From the NCBI GenBank assembly GCA_946403965.1, contig CAMJBT010000007.1:397-64396 (forward strand): a stretch of DNA of 64,000 nucleotides, in the 5' to 3' direction. This DNA comes from an uncultured Pseudobutyrivibrio sp. (GTDB lineage Bacteria > Bacillota > Clostridia > Lachnospirales > Lachnospiraceae). The notes under the pieces are model-generated. The model saw nothing but the letters and a program-made list of their open reading frames with translations. It was not told the DNA's origin and made no database searches. A program made the position numbers and the translations under genes. This document shows, piece after piece, positions 32,514 to 43,446 of the stretch. The first letter of the stretch is position 1; the number at the start of each line of letters is the position of its first letter.

Positions 32514-33235
32514 AGGAATTCCTCACTTTTATATTTATGCGACCTATAGTTTAATCGATAAGCCGACAAAATTCTAGTCAATTCTTCTTCAGTTTCATCA
32601 TTCAGTACAAAAGTATACAACTTTTCTATCCGTGAGGAAACTATGAATTGCATTGCATACAAGGTGGATCCAGTAATATCCGCCCCCGACTCTTGCATTG
32701 AGCATTCTTTACATAACATACCATGCCGCTTTATTGAAAACGTGGTTAACGCCTCTTTCTTTCCGCAGCACATACAGCTGAAAACATTTGGATACTCGCC
32801 ATCAATAACCCATGTTTTCAAATCGTATATGTTTTTCAGTAATCGATGAGAAAACTTTCCTGATTCTAATGCCTTCAGGCTTTGGTACAAAAGTGCAAGT
32901 CTTTGCTTCTCATCAACCCCTTCAACAGACAAAAAATCCGCTACCTCAAGGAAGTATGAGCCAAGACAAACCTTGTCATAGTCCATAACCAAATCCCTGA
33001 AATAGTTGGATATATTTGCTTTGGATAGATGATAAGAGTTTCGACCTTCAAATGCTTCAAAGGTACCGAAGCAAAATGGTGAGCAGGCTGCAACCAAAGG
33101 GTTGTTGGGACGTCTTGCGCCTTTTGCAAATGCAGTAACTCTACCAGATTCCTTGGTAAGAATCACCAGGCGTCTATCAAATTCACCAACATCTGAGCAA
33201 CTCAGAACAATCCCTGTCAGGGTCACAAGTCCCAT
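32510..33235 (-). CDS. recO: DNA repair protein RecO
   Basis: GE.DR.L.ILTKE.G and AKGARR motifs, zinc finger; follows era. Confidence 0.93.
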   Translation of the reverse strand: MGLVTLTGIVLSCSDVGEFDRRLVILTKESGRVTAFAKGARRPNNPLVAACSPFCFGTFEAFEGRNSYHLSKANISNYFRDLVMDYDKVCLGSYFLEVADFLSVEGVDEKQRLALLYQSLKALESGKFSHRLLKNIYDLKTWVIDGEYPNVFSCMCCGKKEALTTFSIKRHGMLCKECSMQESGADITGSTLYAMQFIVSSRIEKLYTFVLNDETEEELTRILSAYRLNYRSHKYKSEEFL

Positions 33236-33238
33236 TTA

Positions 33239-34144
33239 TTAAATGTCCTCTTTTTTATATCCAAAATTCTTTAATTCGTAGTCGCTGTCGCGCCAATCCT
33301 TCTTAACCTTAACAAAAAGCTTAAGATTAACCTTTGCATCCAACAGCTTTTCTATTTCGTATCTAGAGTTGGTGCCAATTTTCTTTATCATGGCACCGCC
33401 CTTTCCTATTATTATTCCCTTGTGAGAATTTTTCTCACAAATAATTGTGGCTTCAATATCCCACATTGCCTTTTTGCCAGGTCTTTCCTTCATCGTATCA
33501 ATTGCAATAGCAATACCATGTGGAACCTCGTCATTGAGAGCATGAAGTGATTTCTCTCGAATGATTTCTGCAGTAATTTCACGAAGAGTCTGATTTGTAA
33601 CTGTCTCCTCATCATAGAATGCTGGTCCCTCTGGAAGATGCTTGAAAATAGTAGCAAGTAAATCATCACATCCTTCGCCATGAAGGGCTGAAACAGGAAC
33701 CACCTCAATGAAATCGCAAAGATCCTTGAAAGCCTGAATAGTCTCTCCTACCTTTGCCCCATCAGCCATGTCGATTTTGTTGATAACAAGTATAACAGGA
33801 GCCTCAGCTGTTGCAAGAAGCTCAGCAATTTTCTTGTCACCTGCACCAACCTTTGTATCTGGCTCGATAAGCCAAAGAATAAGGTCCACATCATTTATAG
33901 TACTTTTGGCTGCTGTCATCATATATTCCCCAAGCTTGTTCTTTGCCTGATGCATGCCTGGTGTATCTAGAAACACGATCTGACCTACTTCGTCAGTATA
34001 TACTGTCTGAATTCTGTTTCTTGTTGTCTGTGGTTTGTTGCTGGTAATGGCAATCTTCTGACCAATGATATGGTTCATAAGTGTGCTTTTACCCACATTT
34101 GGGCGACCAACTATAGTAACGAAACCTGATTTAAAATTACTCAT
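33239..34144 (-). CDS. era: GTPase Era
   Basis: GRPNVGKST, DTPG and NKID motifs; KH domain IIIGKGG; start at ATG 34144. Confidence 0.97.
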   Translation of the reverse strand: MSNFKSGFVTIVGRPNVGKSTLMNHIIGQKIAITSNKPQTTRNRIQTVYTDEVGQIVFLDTPGMHQAKNKLGEYMMTAAKSTINDVDLILWLIEPDTKVGAGDKKIAELLATAEAPVILVINKIDMADGAKVGETIQAFKDLCDFIEVVPVSALHGEGCDDLLATIFKHLPEGPAFYDEETVTNQTLREITAEIIREKSLHALNDEVPHGIAIAIDTMKERPGKKAMWDIEATIICEKNSHKGIIIGKGGAMIKKIGTNSRYEIEKLLDAKVNLKLFVKVKKDWRDSDYELKNFGYKKEDI

Positions 34145-34255
34145 AAATTTACCTCCGCCTGTTACATCTACACTCCTTATATCTCCTATAAGCTGAAGAA
34201 AGATTATTTTAAGAAACATAAGAATTTGATGCCCACAGGCTCACATATTTAATAG

Positions 34256-37162
34256 TTAATAAAGAGATTCTATTTTGTTAAATAGTTCTGCATTAGCAGT
34301 AATGGCATCTTCATTTCCCACAACGCAGATATTCTTCTGAGCGATGGCGGCATCGATTGGATCCGCTAGAGCACGAATATCCTCTGCCTTTGCATCCAAT
34401 ACCTCATTTCGAGTCTTTTGAAGATCCTCGTAGGTAATACCTGCCATGTAGCAGTTGAGGCCACGTATGCCTCGCTGGTATGGTGTAAGAGGTGTGTCCA
34501 TGCCACTTACTGTACCAATAATATATTTTGTCATATCTCGCTCATCAGCATCGAAATTTCTAAGGTAATCTCCAGTTGCCTCAAATACTTTGATAGTCTC
34601 AGCAAGATTTGGATCTCTGTAAGAAACAAAAACCAAATCCCCCTGACGGCTGGAATTCATATTGCAGCCATAAGCTCCACCCTGAACACGTACCTTAATC
34701 CAGAAATAATCGTATCCAAGAATAGTGTTTAAGATACGATAAGTTCCATTATATTCATAGCCTTCCTTAGCAAAATCTCCTGCCATAGCAACATATTGAA
34801 TCTGAGAAGCATCCTTTAAAGCCTCTCTAACAATGTGTGGCTTGAATTCCACTGGTTCAAACTCAAATCTCTCCTTATAAAGATTTGGTCGTATATCTGT
34901 GGTAAGCTGCTTTGCCTGAGCATACATCTCATTCTTTCCTGTAGTAGAAATAATAAGTCGTGGCTCAGCGAAAATAATCTGGCATAGCTTATTTAATCTA
35001 GATATAACTTCATCTTTTTTCTCTTCAAAATGCTCTTCTATATCTACAAGGAAACGATAGAAATTAACACCGCTTGCCACCTCTGAATAAAATGCCTTCT
35101 TAGAAAATCCACATCGAGCTCTAACTGCAGCCACCTGATTTCCTCTAGAGCTAAGCTGCGCCTCAAGATGTGACTTCTCTGCTGTAATAAGCTCTCTCAA
35201 TCGATTCTCATCAGAGAAATCTGAGTGAAGAATCATTTCAAGTATTAAATCCTTGGCAGCATCTGCCTCATCATAGATGAACTTTGAGCGGACTTCAAAA
35301 GTCATCCTGATATCATCTTTTGAATTGAATACTTCATGAATAGAGGTATTTGTAGTGATTCCTCCTGTATGAAGATACATCTCATTTGTGAAATCAGCAT
35401 ATGTATAATGTTCTGTATCAAACAGACCTATTAATCTTTCAAGAAGTGCTGTATAAGGAATCCACTCAATACTCATATCGCTGATGTCAAATACCATATT
35501 GAAATAGTGAATTCCATTAGTACGTACCTTATGATGGAGAATAGTAGTACCATCCTCTTTATGTACTTCAAGATCTATAGGACGGGCAGCTCTGGTAAGA
35601 TCGCTTCTTGTAAGCATTGGTATTTTTTCCAAATCCTTTTTCGGACTTGGAGTCTGCTGATATTCCTTTAGGTATGCTGTATGTTCAACCACCTGCTTTA
35701 TTTCCTCAGGAGACATGCTTGCCTTTTTAGCAGCCAGGCTTTTCTTTAGCTCTAAATCATCGGTGCTTGTAAGTCCCTGCTTTGGTCTTAGGGTAACAAC
35801 AGATTTATGGTTGTTTGATAATAGGTATTTATCTGCTATCTCATCAAAAAATCCATTTTCAACTCTAGATTTAATTTTATCCAAAACATCTACTGCATGT
35901 AGGTGTAAGAATGGTTGATTCTTGTCATAAAGCCAGCTATCCAAAAGCTGTAGTCCAATAATAAGTCCCTTTGGTGCACTACCAAAATCAAGTTCTCTGG
36001 CTCTGAACTGCTCTCCATTAATTGATGCGTATAAGGCCTTCTTGTCGATTCCCTTTTTGATTTCCTGACGAAGAGTATCTTCTATAATCATTACAAATGT
36101 ATCTTTATCTTCCTCATTGGCGCCCCTTGCGACAATACTAAAATACATCTGTCTTTGTGATGCTTCAAATGAGCATTCCACGTCTTCAGCTATATTCGCT
36201 TTTATGAGAGCCTCGTATAATGGGGCGCCCGGAGCGGAAACTAAAGCGTAATTTAATATATCGAATATTCTGTACATATCCGGATCTAACACATCACCAA
36301 TGCAAACATTGTATGACAAGAATGTGCTATTCTCTGTGTCCTGATCTGCTGCAATAGGATAATCTACTGTTTTCTCTACAGGCTTTTCAAATGGCTTTTG
36401 AAGTTGTATTTCTGAATCAACCTGAAGATAATCATAATGTTTTAAATATTTGGAATCCAAATACTCAAGAATCTCATCTACATCCATGTCACCATAAATA
36501 TAAATGTATGAATTACTAGGATGGTAATACTTGCTATGAAATGCAAGAAAATCCTCGTAGGTAAGATTGATAATCTCCTTTGGATCTCCACCAGACTCTA
36601 TAGCGTATGTAGTATCAGGGAAAAGAGAATTTAAAATCTGACGTGAGAGCACATCATCTGGTGATGAAAACGCTCCTTTCATCTCGTTGTAAACAACACC
36701 ATTAATAGTCAGGTCGCTATTCTCATCTTCCATTTCATAGTGCCAACCCTCTTGTTCAAAAATCTCGCGATATTTATAGATGTTAGGATGAAAAACCGCA
36801 TCCATATAAACATCTATAAGATTCATGTAATCTGTACTATTAGTGCTGGCGATTGGATAAACTGTCTTGTCCGGATATGTAATAGCATTCAGGAAAGTAT
36901 TGAGGCTTCCCTTTACAAGCTCCACAAATGGGTCCTTCACCGGATATTTTTCTGAGCCACAAAGAACTGTATGCTCAACAATATGTGCTACACCTGTAGA
37001 ATCCTTAGGTGGTGTTCTAAATCCAATATAAAAAACCTTATTAGGATCATCATTTGCGATAAAGCAAATTCTAGCCTTTGTCTTCTTATGTTCGAAGATA
37101 AAGCCTAATGAATCCAATCCTTCAAGCTTTTCTTCTTTCAATAATTCGTATGACTTATTCAT
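34256..37162 (-). CDS. M16C insulinase/presequence-protease-like metallopeptidase
   Basis: HIVEH inverzincin motif, LNAITYPDKT and RVQGGAYG; start at ATG 37162. Confidence 0.92.
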   Translation of the reverse strand: MNKSYELLKEEKLEGLDSLGFIFEHKKTKARICFIANDDPNKVFYIGFRTPPKDSTGVAHIVEHTVLCGSEKYPVKDPFVELVKGSLNTFLNAITYPDKTVYPIASTNSTDYMNLIDVYMDAVFHPNIYKYREIFEQEGWHYEMEDENSDLTINGVVYNEMKGAFSSPDDVLSRQILNSLFPDTTYAIESGGDPKEIINLTYEDFLAFHSKYYHPSNSYIYIYGDMDVDEILEYLDSKYLKHYDYLQVDSEIQLQKPFEKPVEKTVDYPIAADQDTENSTFLSYNVCIGDVLDPDMYRIFDILNYALVSAPGAPLYEALIKANIAEDVECSFEASQRQMYFSIVARGANEEDKDTFVMIIEDTLRQEIKKGIDKKALYASINGEQFRARELDFGSAPKGLIIGLQLLDSWLYDKNQPFLHLHAVDVLDKIKSRVENGFFDEIADKYLLSNNHKSVVTLRPKQGLTSTDDLELKKSLAAKKASMSPEEIKQVVEHTAYLKEYQQTPSPKKDLEKIPMLTRSDLTRAARPIDLEVHKEDGTTILHHKVRTNGIHYFNMVFDISDMSIEWIPYTALLERLIGLFDTEHYTYADFTNEMYLHTGGITTNTSIHEVFNSKDDIRMTFEVRSKFIYDEADAAKDLILEMILHSDFSDENRLRELITAEKSHLEAQLSSRGNQVAAVRARCGFSKKAFYSEVASGVNFYRFLVDIEEHFEEKKDEVISRLNKLCQIIFAEPRLIISTTGKNEMYAQAKQLTTDIRPNLYKERFEFEPVEFKPHIVREALKDASQIQYVAMAGDFAKEGYEYNGTYRILNTILGYDYFWIKVRVQGGAYGCNMNSSRQGDLVFVSYRDPNLAETIKVFEATGDYLRNFDADERDMTKYIIGTVSGMDTPLTPYQRGIRGLNCYMAGITYEDLQKTRNEVLDAKAEDIRALADPIDAAIAQKNICVVGNEDAITANAELFNKIESLY

Positions 37163-37206
37163 CAATAATTCCCCTTGCAAGCCCTCAAAAACCACCGGGC
37201 ATATAT

Positions 37207-38100
37207 TTAATCATTTTTTATGTGTACATCAAGCTGGTTATAGCAAATTTCCACGCCTGCTTTATCAAATTCTGCTTTAATTTCTTCAAGAACAGTCCAT
37301 TTTGTCTGCCAAAAATATTCTGTTTCAACCCAGAATCTCAATCCAATCTGAACAGAACTATCTGCAAGCTCAGACACAAACACCTTTACTGGCTCGTCAG
37401 TAATGATATGATCCTGCTTTTCTGCAATTCGAAGCATAATTTCCTTTGCTCTTTTAATATTGGCATCATAGCTGATTCCTACAGTCTCATTAAACATACG
37501 ACGTGTCATAGCTGTATTATTTGTGATTGTGGTGGCAGCTAAAGTACCATTTGGGATCTGGACTGTACGACCATCTATCATCTTCAGAGTGGTGTAAATA
37601 ATGTTGATTCGCTCAACAGTACCCTCCTGGCTGGTTGCATGCTCGATAATATAATCTCCCACTCTAAATGGATGCATCAATAAAATCAGAATACCACCTG
37701 CGAAGTTTGACAACGCCCCCTGCAAAGCAAGACCAATTGTCACACCAAGACCAGCCACTGCAGCTGAAATAGAAGTGGTTGTCACACCAAATAAGCCCAA
37801 AATAATAGTGAACAGAATAATGTAAAGAATCCATCTAAGCACAGACTCAAGAAACGTCTCTACACCTGTGTCCACATCCTTGAGGCTCATTGCTCTATGA
37901 AACAGCTTTATAATCCCCTTTATAATCTGGGAGCCTATAATAAAAACAACAATAGAAAGTACTACACTCCAGCCAAAACTCCAGAATTTTGGAATCATCC
38001 CTTCTAGCTGCTGTTGTATTACTCCCTTTTGAATATCCTCAACTAATTCTTCCGCTGTAACCGTCTCTATTGTAGTACTATCCACAAACTTTTCCTCCAT
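37207..38100 (-). CDS. mscS: Small-conductance mechanosensitive channel
   Basis: LALQGALSNFAGG, PFRVGD, IPNG and VGISYD motifs. Confidence 0.9.
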   Translation of the reverse strand: MEEKFVDSTTIETVTAEELVEDIQKGVIQQQLEGMIPKFWSFGWSVVLSIVVFIIGSQIIKGIIKLFHRAMSLKDVDTGVETFLESVLRWILYIILFTIILGLFGVTTTSISAAVAGLGVTIGLALQGALSNFAGGILILLMHPFRVGDYIIEHATSQEGTVERINIIYTTLKMIDGRTVQIPNGTLAATTITNNTAMTRRMFNETVGISYDANIKRAKEIMLRIAEKQDHIITDEPVKVFVSELADSSVQIGLRFWVETEYFWQTKWTVLEEIKAEFDKAGVEICYNQLDVHIKND

Positions 38101-38160
38101 TCGTTACAATCCGTAATATTATAGCATATAATCCCAACGTTTGCATAAAACAAAGAGAAC

Positions 38161-38185
38161 AAAAAAAGGAGAGCATTGCTCTCCT
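38161..38185 (-). terminator. Intrinsic terminator after the DUF1015 gene
   Basis: aggagagc-aat-gctctcct plus a T7 run. Confidence 0.75.
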
Positions 38186-38190
38186 GGGTT

Positions 38191-39426
38191 TTAGATTTTG
38201 TGGATGAATAATCCGCTGCGAAGCTTTGGTTCAAACCATGTAGATTTTGGTGGCATTAAAAGGCCGGCGTCTGCAACAGCGAATAGTTCCTCGATGCTTG
38301 TAGGATACATTGCAAAGGCTATTTTGCAGTCTGAGGCAAGACGACGCTCCAGTTCTTCAAGCCCACGGATGCCTCCTACAAAGTCGATTCTGTCGTCAGT
38401 CTTTGGGTCATCGATACCAAGAAGTGGCTCAAGAATCAGATTTTGAAGAAGTGATACATCTAAGCCTTCTACCGGATCATCATTTTTAAATTCAGGTTTC
38501 ACCTGACAAAGATACCAGGTATCCTGAAGCAACATACTCCACTGCCCTTTTGCCTTTGGACGAATTGGAGAATCAGATGTCTCGATAATATCCACAATTG
38601 TGTCGATTTCTTCAAGAAATTCTTCTGGCGCAAGTCCATTTAAGTCTTTTACAATGCGATTGTAATCAAAGATCTTTAACTCATCATCAGGAAATAGCAC
38701 TGACAAGAAATAATTAAAATCTTCTTTACCTGTAAACTGCGGATTTTCCTGACGACGTTTTAAACCTACTTTTACTGCACTGGCTGCACGATGATGACCA
38801 TCAGCAATGTAAATGCTTTCCATTTTTTCAAAAGCTGTAGCTATCAGTGCCATGCTCATCATATCATCAATAATCCAACACCTGTGAGTAATTCCATCTT
38901 CAGATGTAAAATCGTAAAGAGCAGGACGGGTTTTTGTCTTTGCCACTATGCCTGCAATTGTATCATCCGAACGATAGGCCAAAAAAATTGGTCCTGTCTG
39001 AGCACTGCAGGTATCTACGTGACGTATTCTATCCTGTTCCTTTTCAGCTCGAGTATTTTCATGCTTTTTTATTACACTATTTTGATAATCATCAATAGAT
39101 GCACATGCTACAATTCCCGTCTGAGAACGTCCATCCATAATCAATTCGTAAAGATAGTAAAAAGGTTTATTATCCTGAATGAAACGTCCCTCAGCTATCC
39201 ACTGATTCAACATTTCAGATGCCTTGTTATACACAACATCTGAATACATGTCTACATCCTCTGGAAACTGTGTTTCTGGTCTATCAATAGCCAAAAAAGA
39301 TTTAGGTTGTTCCTTTACCTTTTCATAAGCCTCTTTTCGATTATAGACATCATAAGGAAGGGCTGCTATTACAGCAGCCTCTTCCTTTGATGGTCTTATA
39401 GCTTTAAATGGTATTATATGTGCCAT
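38191..39426 (-). CDS. DUF1015-family protein
   Basis: IYIADGHHR, KKHENT and MPPKSTWFEPKL motifs; usual companion of serC-serA. Confidence 0.9.
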   Translation of the reverse strand: MAHIIPFKAIRPSKEEAAVIAALPYDVYNRKEAYEKVKEQPKSFLAIDRPETQFPEDVDMYSDVVYNKASEMLNQWIAEGRFIQDNKPFYYLYELIMDGRSQTGIVACASIDDYQNSVIKKHENTRAEKEQDRIRHVDTCSAQTGPIFLAYRSDDTIAGIVAKTKTRPALYDFTSEDGITHRCWIIDDMMSMALIATAFEKMESIYIADGHHRAASAVKVGLKRRQENPQFTGKEDFNYFLSVLFPDDELKIFDYNRIVKDLNGLAPEEFLEEIDTIVDIIETSDSPIRPKAKGQWSMLLQDTWYLCQVKPEFKNDDPVEGLDVSLLQNLILEPLLGIDDPKTDDRIDFVGGIRGLEELERRLASDCKIAFAMYPTSIEELFAVADAGLLMPPKSTWFEPKLRSGLFIHKI

Positions 39427-39428
39427 TT

Positions 39429-40592
39429 TTATTTAACCACCCTCACTTTAATTACACCGTCAACCTTCTTGATTTCCTCAACAACAGCATCTGTAAGCTT
39501 TGTTCCAAGATCAAGAAGTGTATATGCGAAATCTCCACGACTCTTATTTGTCATATCATCTACGTTGATATTTTCTTTACTGAGAATTGTTGTAAATGAA
39601 GCAATAAGACCTGCCTTATTCTTGTGGAGAATAGCAACACGGGACTCAGCCTGGCAAACACCCATATCACAATCAGGATAGTTTACAGAGTGGCAAATGT
39701 TTCCATTTTCCATGTAGTCCATAACTTCCTTAACTGCCATAATTGCACAGTTATCCTCAGCTTCCTCTGTAGAAGCGCCAAGGTGAGGAGTACAAATAAC
39801 TCCCTTCTTACCAGCTGTTGTAGGATTTGCGAAATCTGTCACGTAATGGCGAACCTTGCCTGCCTCAATTCCATCAATAACTGCCTGCTCATCAACAAGA
39901 AGATCACGAGCAAAATTAAGAATTACTACGCCCTTCTTCATAAGCTGAACAGCCTCTTTATTAATCATACCCTTTGTAGAATCAAGAAGAGGTACATGAA
40001 CTGTGATGAAATCACACTCTCTATAAATATCTTCTACGTTTGTTACATGCTTAACATTGCGAGAAAGATTCCATGCAGCATTAACTGAAATGTATGGATC
40101 GTAACCCATTACTTCCATGCCAAGATGTGTAGCATCATTTGCTACCTTTACACCAATCGCTCCAAGACCGATAACGCCAAGCTTCTTGCCAGCAATTTCT
40201 GTACCAGCAAAAGCCTTCTTTGCCTTTTCTGCAGTCTTTCCGATATTCTCGTCATCCTTGTTTTCAAGAACCCAATCGATTCCGCCAACAATATCACGAG
40301 ACGCAAGAAGCATACCAGCAAAAACAAGCTCCTTTACACCATTAGCATTTGCACCTGGTGTGTTGAATACAACAATACCTGCCTCTGCACACTTATCAAG
40401 AGGGATGTTATTAACACCAGCACCTGCTCTTGCAATACATGAAAGCTTGCTGCCAAGCTCCATATCATGCATAGCTGCTGAACGAACTAAAGCAGCATCA
40501 GCATCACCAATATTTTCAACCTTTTTATAGTCTGTAGAAAAATTTGTAAGTCCCTTATCTGAAATTGGGTTCAAGCAATTATATGTAAACAT
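39429..40592 (-). CDS. serA: D-3-phosphoglycerate dehydrogenase with ACT domain
   Basis: ARAGAGVNN, GLGAIG, NFAR and PHLGAST motifs; C-terminal ACT. Confidence 0.93.
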   Translation of the reverse strand: MFTYNCLNPISDKGLTNFSTDYKKVENIGDADAALVRSAAMHDMELGSKLSCIARAGAGVNNIPLDKCAEAGIVVFNTPGANANGVKELVFAGMLLASRDIVGGIDWVLENKDDENIGKTAEKAKKAFAGTEIAGKKLGVIGLGAIGVKVANDATHLGMEVMGYDPYISVNAAWNLSRNVKHVTNVEDIYRECDFITVHVPLLDSTKGMINKEAVQLMKKGVVILNFARDLLVDEQAVIDGIEAGKVRHYVTDFANPTTAGKKGVICTPHLGASTEEAEDNCAIMAVKEVMDYMENGNICHSVNYPDCDMGVCQAESRVAILHKNKAGLIASFTTILSKENINVDDMTNKSRGDFAYTLLDLGTKLTDAVVEEIKKVDGVIKVRVVK

Positions 40593-41674
40593 TAAGCATT
40601 TTCCTCCTCAAACTTCTTCATAAACTCAACAAGCTTTTCTACACCTTCGATTGGCATAGCATTGTAGATAGAAGCTCTCATACCACCTACAGTTCTGTGG
40701 CCCTTAAGGTTTACAAATCCTGCTGCAGTAGCCTCCTTTACAAACTTGGCATCAAGCTCTTCATCACCAGTAACGAATGGCACATTCATAAGAGAACGAT
40801 CTTCCTTTCTCACTGTACCCTTGAAAAGCTTTGATGAATCAAGGTAATCATATAAAATCTTAGCCTTCTTTTCGTTAAGCTCCTTCATAGCTGAAAGACC
40901 ACCGTTCTTTAAGAGCCACTTGAACACCTTTCCACAGATATAGATATCGTAGCAAGGTGGTGTATTGTAAAGGCTGTCATTGTCTGCCTGTGTCTTGTAC
41001 TTAAGCATTGTTGGTGTGCCTGGAAGTACATCATCGCGGATAAGATCCTCACGGATAATTACGATAACCATACCAGCTGGGCCTACATTCTTCTGAACGC
41101 CACCATAGATGATGCCATACTTTGAAACATCAACTGGCTCAGAAAGGAAGCAAGAGCTAACGTCTGCAACTAAGTCCTTGCCCTTTGTATTTGGAAGAGT
41201 TTTGAACTTTGTGCCATAGATTGTGTTGTTCTCGCAAATATATACATAGTCCATATCATCTGTGATTGGAAGGTCTGAACAGTCTGGAATATAGCTGAAG
41301 GTTTCGTCTGCTGAAGATGCAAGCTCCACTGCCTCACCATACATCTTTGCTTCCTGGAATGCCTTCTTTGCCCACTGTCCAGTGATGATATAACCAGCCT
41401 TCTTGTTCTTCATCAGGTTCATAGGAATTGCTGCAAACTGCTGGCTTGCTCCGCCCTGAAGGAAAAGAACCTTATAGTTATCAGGGATGTTCATAAGAGT
41501 TCTGATATCAGCTTCTGCATCCTTGATGATTTCGTCAAATACCTTTGAACGGTGGCTCATCTCCATAACTGACATACCACAGCCCTTATAATCAAGCATC
41601 TCCGAAGCTGCTTCCTTAAGAACCTCCTCTGGTAAAACTGCTGGTCCTGCACTAAAATTGAAAACTCTGCTCAT
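40592..41674 (-). CDS. serC: Phosphoserine aminotransferase
   Basis: NFSAGPA, SHRS, QKNVGPAG and GHRTVGGMRAS motifs. Confidence 0.96.
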   Translation of the reverse strand: MSRVFNFSAGPAVLPEEVLKEAASEMLDYKGCGMSVMEMSHRSKVFDEIIKDAEADIRTLMNIPDNYKVLFLQGGASQQFAAIPMNLMKNKKAGYIITGQWAKKAFQEAKMYGEAVELASSADETFSYIPDCSDLPITDDMDYVYICENNTIYGTKFKTLPNTKGKDLVADVSSCFLSEPVDVSKYGIIYGGVQKNVGPAGMVIVIIREDLIRDDVLPGTPTMLKYKTQADNDSLYNTPPCYDIYICGKVFKWLLKNGGLSAMKELNEKKAKILYDYLDSSKLFKGTVRKEDRSLMNVPFVTGDEELDAKFVKEATAAGFVNLKGHRTVGGMRASIYNAMPIEGVEKLVEFMKKFEEENA

Positions 41675-41688
41675 TACACTAAATCTCC

Positions 41689-43359
41689 TTAATCTTCTTT
41701 AAAAAACTCGTTAATAGGTGCTCCCGGTGCTACCATTGGCCATACCTTATCGTCACTGTCGATGATACAGTCAATAAGCACTGGCTTCTCGGATCGGAGT
41801 GCCTCCGACAATGCCGACTTGAACTCATCTTGAGTTGTAACTCTAATTCCGGTTGCTCCCATTGCTTCTGCGAGCTTTACATAGTCAACCCCATCATCAA
41901 GTACGGTTGCAGAATAGCGCTTCTCATAGAAAAGTGTCTGCCACTGTCTAACCATACCAAGAACATGGTTGTTCACTACTATTTCAATAAGAGGTAGCTT
42001 TTCACGTGCCGCTGTAGCCATCTCATTCATATTCATTCTAAAGCAGCCATCACCTGCAAAGTTGATAACTGTTTTGTCTGGGTTGCCTGTCTTTGCACCA
42101 ATAGCAGCGCCAAGACCATAGCCCATTGTTCCAAGACCACCTGATGTAAGAAGCTGATGTGGCTTTTTATACTTGTAAAACTGTGTAGCCCACATCTGAT
42201 GCTGCCCTACCTCTGTAGTGATGATTGCATCACCCTTTGTCTGGCGGTATGTCTCGGCCACAATATACTGTCCTGAAAGACCCTCTGTTGGAATCTTTAA
42301 AGGATTCTTTTCTGAGAGTTCTTTCACATGCTTCATCCATGTTGCGTGCTTTTGCTCTGTAAGCAGCTTGTTGATTCTGGAAAGAATTTCCTTCACATCT
42401 CCCACAATAGCATGATCTGTAATTATATTTTTATTAATCTCTGCTGGATCCACATCAAACTGAAGAATCTTTGCATTAGATGCAAATGTATTTGGATTCC
42501 CCAAAACTCTATCAGAAAATCTGGTACCAACAGCAATAAGCAAATCACATTCTGATACAGCAAGGTTGGATGCTTTTGTACCGTGCATTCCAAGCATACC
42601 TGTGTATCTTTCATCTGTACCATTAAAAGCACCCTTGCCCATAAGGGAATCGCAAACAGGGGCATCTACCAACTCAACAAATTTTTTAAGATCCTTTGAT
42701 GCATTTGCTATAACAGCACCACCACCAACAAATATAACTGGCTTCTTTGCAGATTTAATAAGCTTCACAGCCTTTGCCAAAGAATCTTCGGTGATATCCT
42801 TCTTTACTCTGCCTGCAGGGATTGGCTTCATTGGCATATATTCGTATTTATTGTTTGGTGCCGTAATATCCTTTGGCACATCAATAAGTACAGGACCTGG
42901 TCTGCCGCTTTTTGCAATAAGGAAAGCTCTGCGAATTGTTTCTGCCAAATCCTTAATATCTTTTACAATAAAATTGTGCTTAGTAATAGGAAGTGTGATT
43001 CCTGCTATGTCAATCTCCTGGAATGAATCCTTGCCAAGCAAAGGCAGGGTAACGTTACATGTAATTGCCACCATAGGAACTGAATCCATGTGGGCTGTAG
43101 CGATACCTGTAACCAGATTTGTTGCTCCAGGACCTGAAGTCGCAAAGCACACTCCAACCTTTCCAGTTGATCTTGCGTAGCCATCAGCTGCATGAGCAGC
43201 CCCTTGCTCATGGCTTGTAAGCACGTGATGAATCTCGTTGCTATGCTTATAGAGTTCATCGTATAGATTCAGGATAGCGCCACCTGGATAACCAAATACG
43301 GTGTCAACTCCCTGTTCCTTTAAACATTCTATAATTATTTCTGAACCACTAAGTAACAT
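41689..43359 (-). CDS. ilvB: Acetolactate synthase, large subunit
   Basis: FGYPGG, HEQGA, TSGPGATN and GDGCF.MN motifs. Confidence 0.95.
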   Translation of the reverse strand: MLLSGSEIIIECLKEQGVDTVFGYPGGAILNLYDELYKHSNEIHHVLTSHEQGAAHAADGYARSTGKVGVCFATSGPGATNLVTGIATAHMDSVPMVAITCNVTLPLLGKDSFQEIDIAGITLPITKHNFIVKDIKDLAETIRRAFLIAKSGRPGPVLIDVPKDITAPNNKYEYMPMKPIPAGRVKKDITEDSLAKAVKLIKSAKKPVIFVGGGAVIANASKDLKKFVELVDAPVCDSLMGKGAFNGTDERYTGMLGMHGTKASNLAVSECDLLIAVGTRFSDRVLGNPNTFASNAKILQFDVDPAEINKNIITDHAIVGDVKEILSRINKLLTEQKHATWMKHVKELSEKNPLKIPTEGLSGQYIVAETYRQTKGDAIITTEVGQHQMWATQFYKYKKPHQLLTSGGLGTMGYGLGAAIGAKTGNPDKTVINFAGDGCFRMNMNEMATAAREKLPLIEIVVNNHVLGMVRQWQTLFYEKRYSATVLDDGVDYVKLAEAMGATGIRVTTQDEFKSALSEALRSEKPVLIDCIIDSDDKVWPMVAPGAPINEFFKED

Positions 43360-43446
43360 ATCTTTTACCTTTCTCGTATCTTTTTACGCTAGTTACGTCA
43401 ACAAGCGTAAATAATTAAGCGGCTAGACAACCTTGGCTGCCGCGAA

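Noticed and set aside
43360-43446. Intercistronic hairpins between ilvD and ilvB (and at 45120-45240) as REP-like repeats
   Set aside because: They are not repeated elsewhere in the window and are most simply mRNA stability or processing hairpins.
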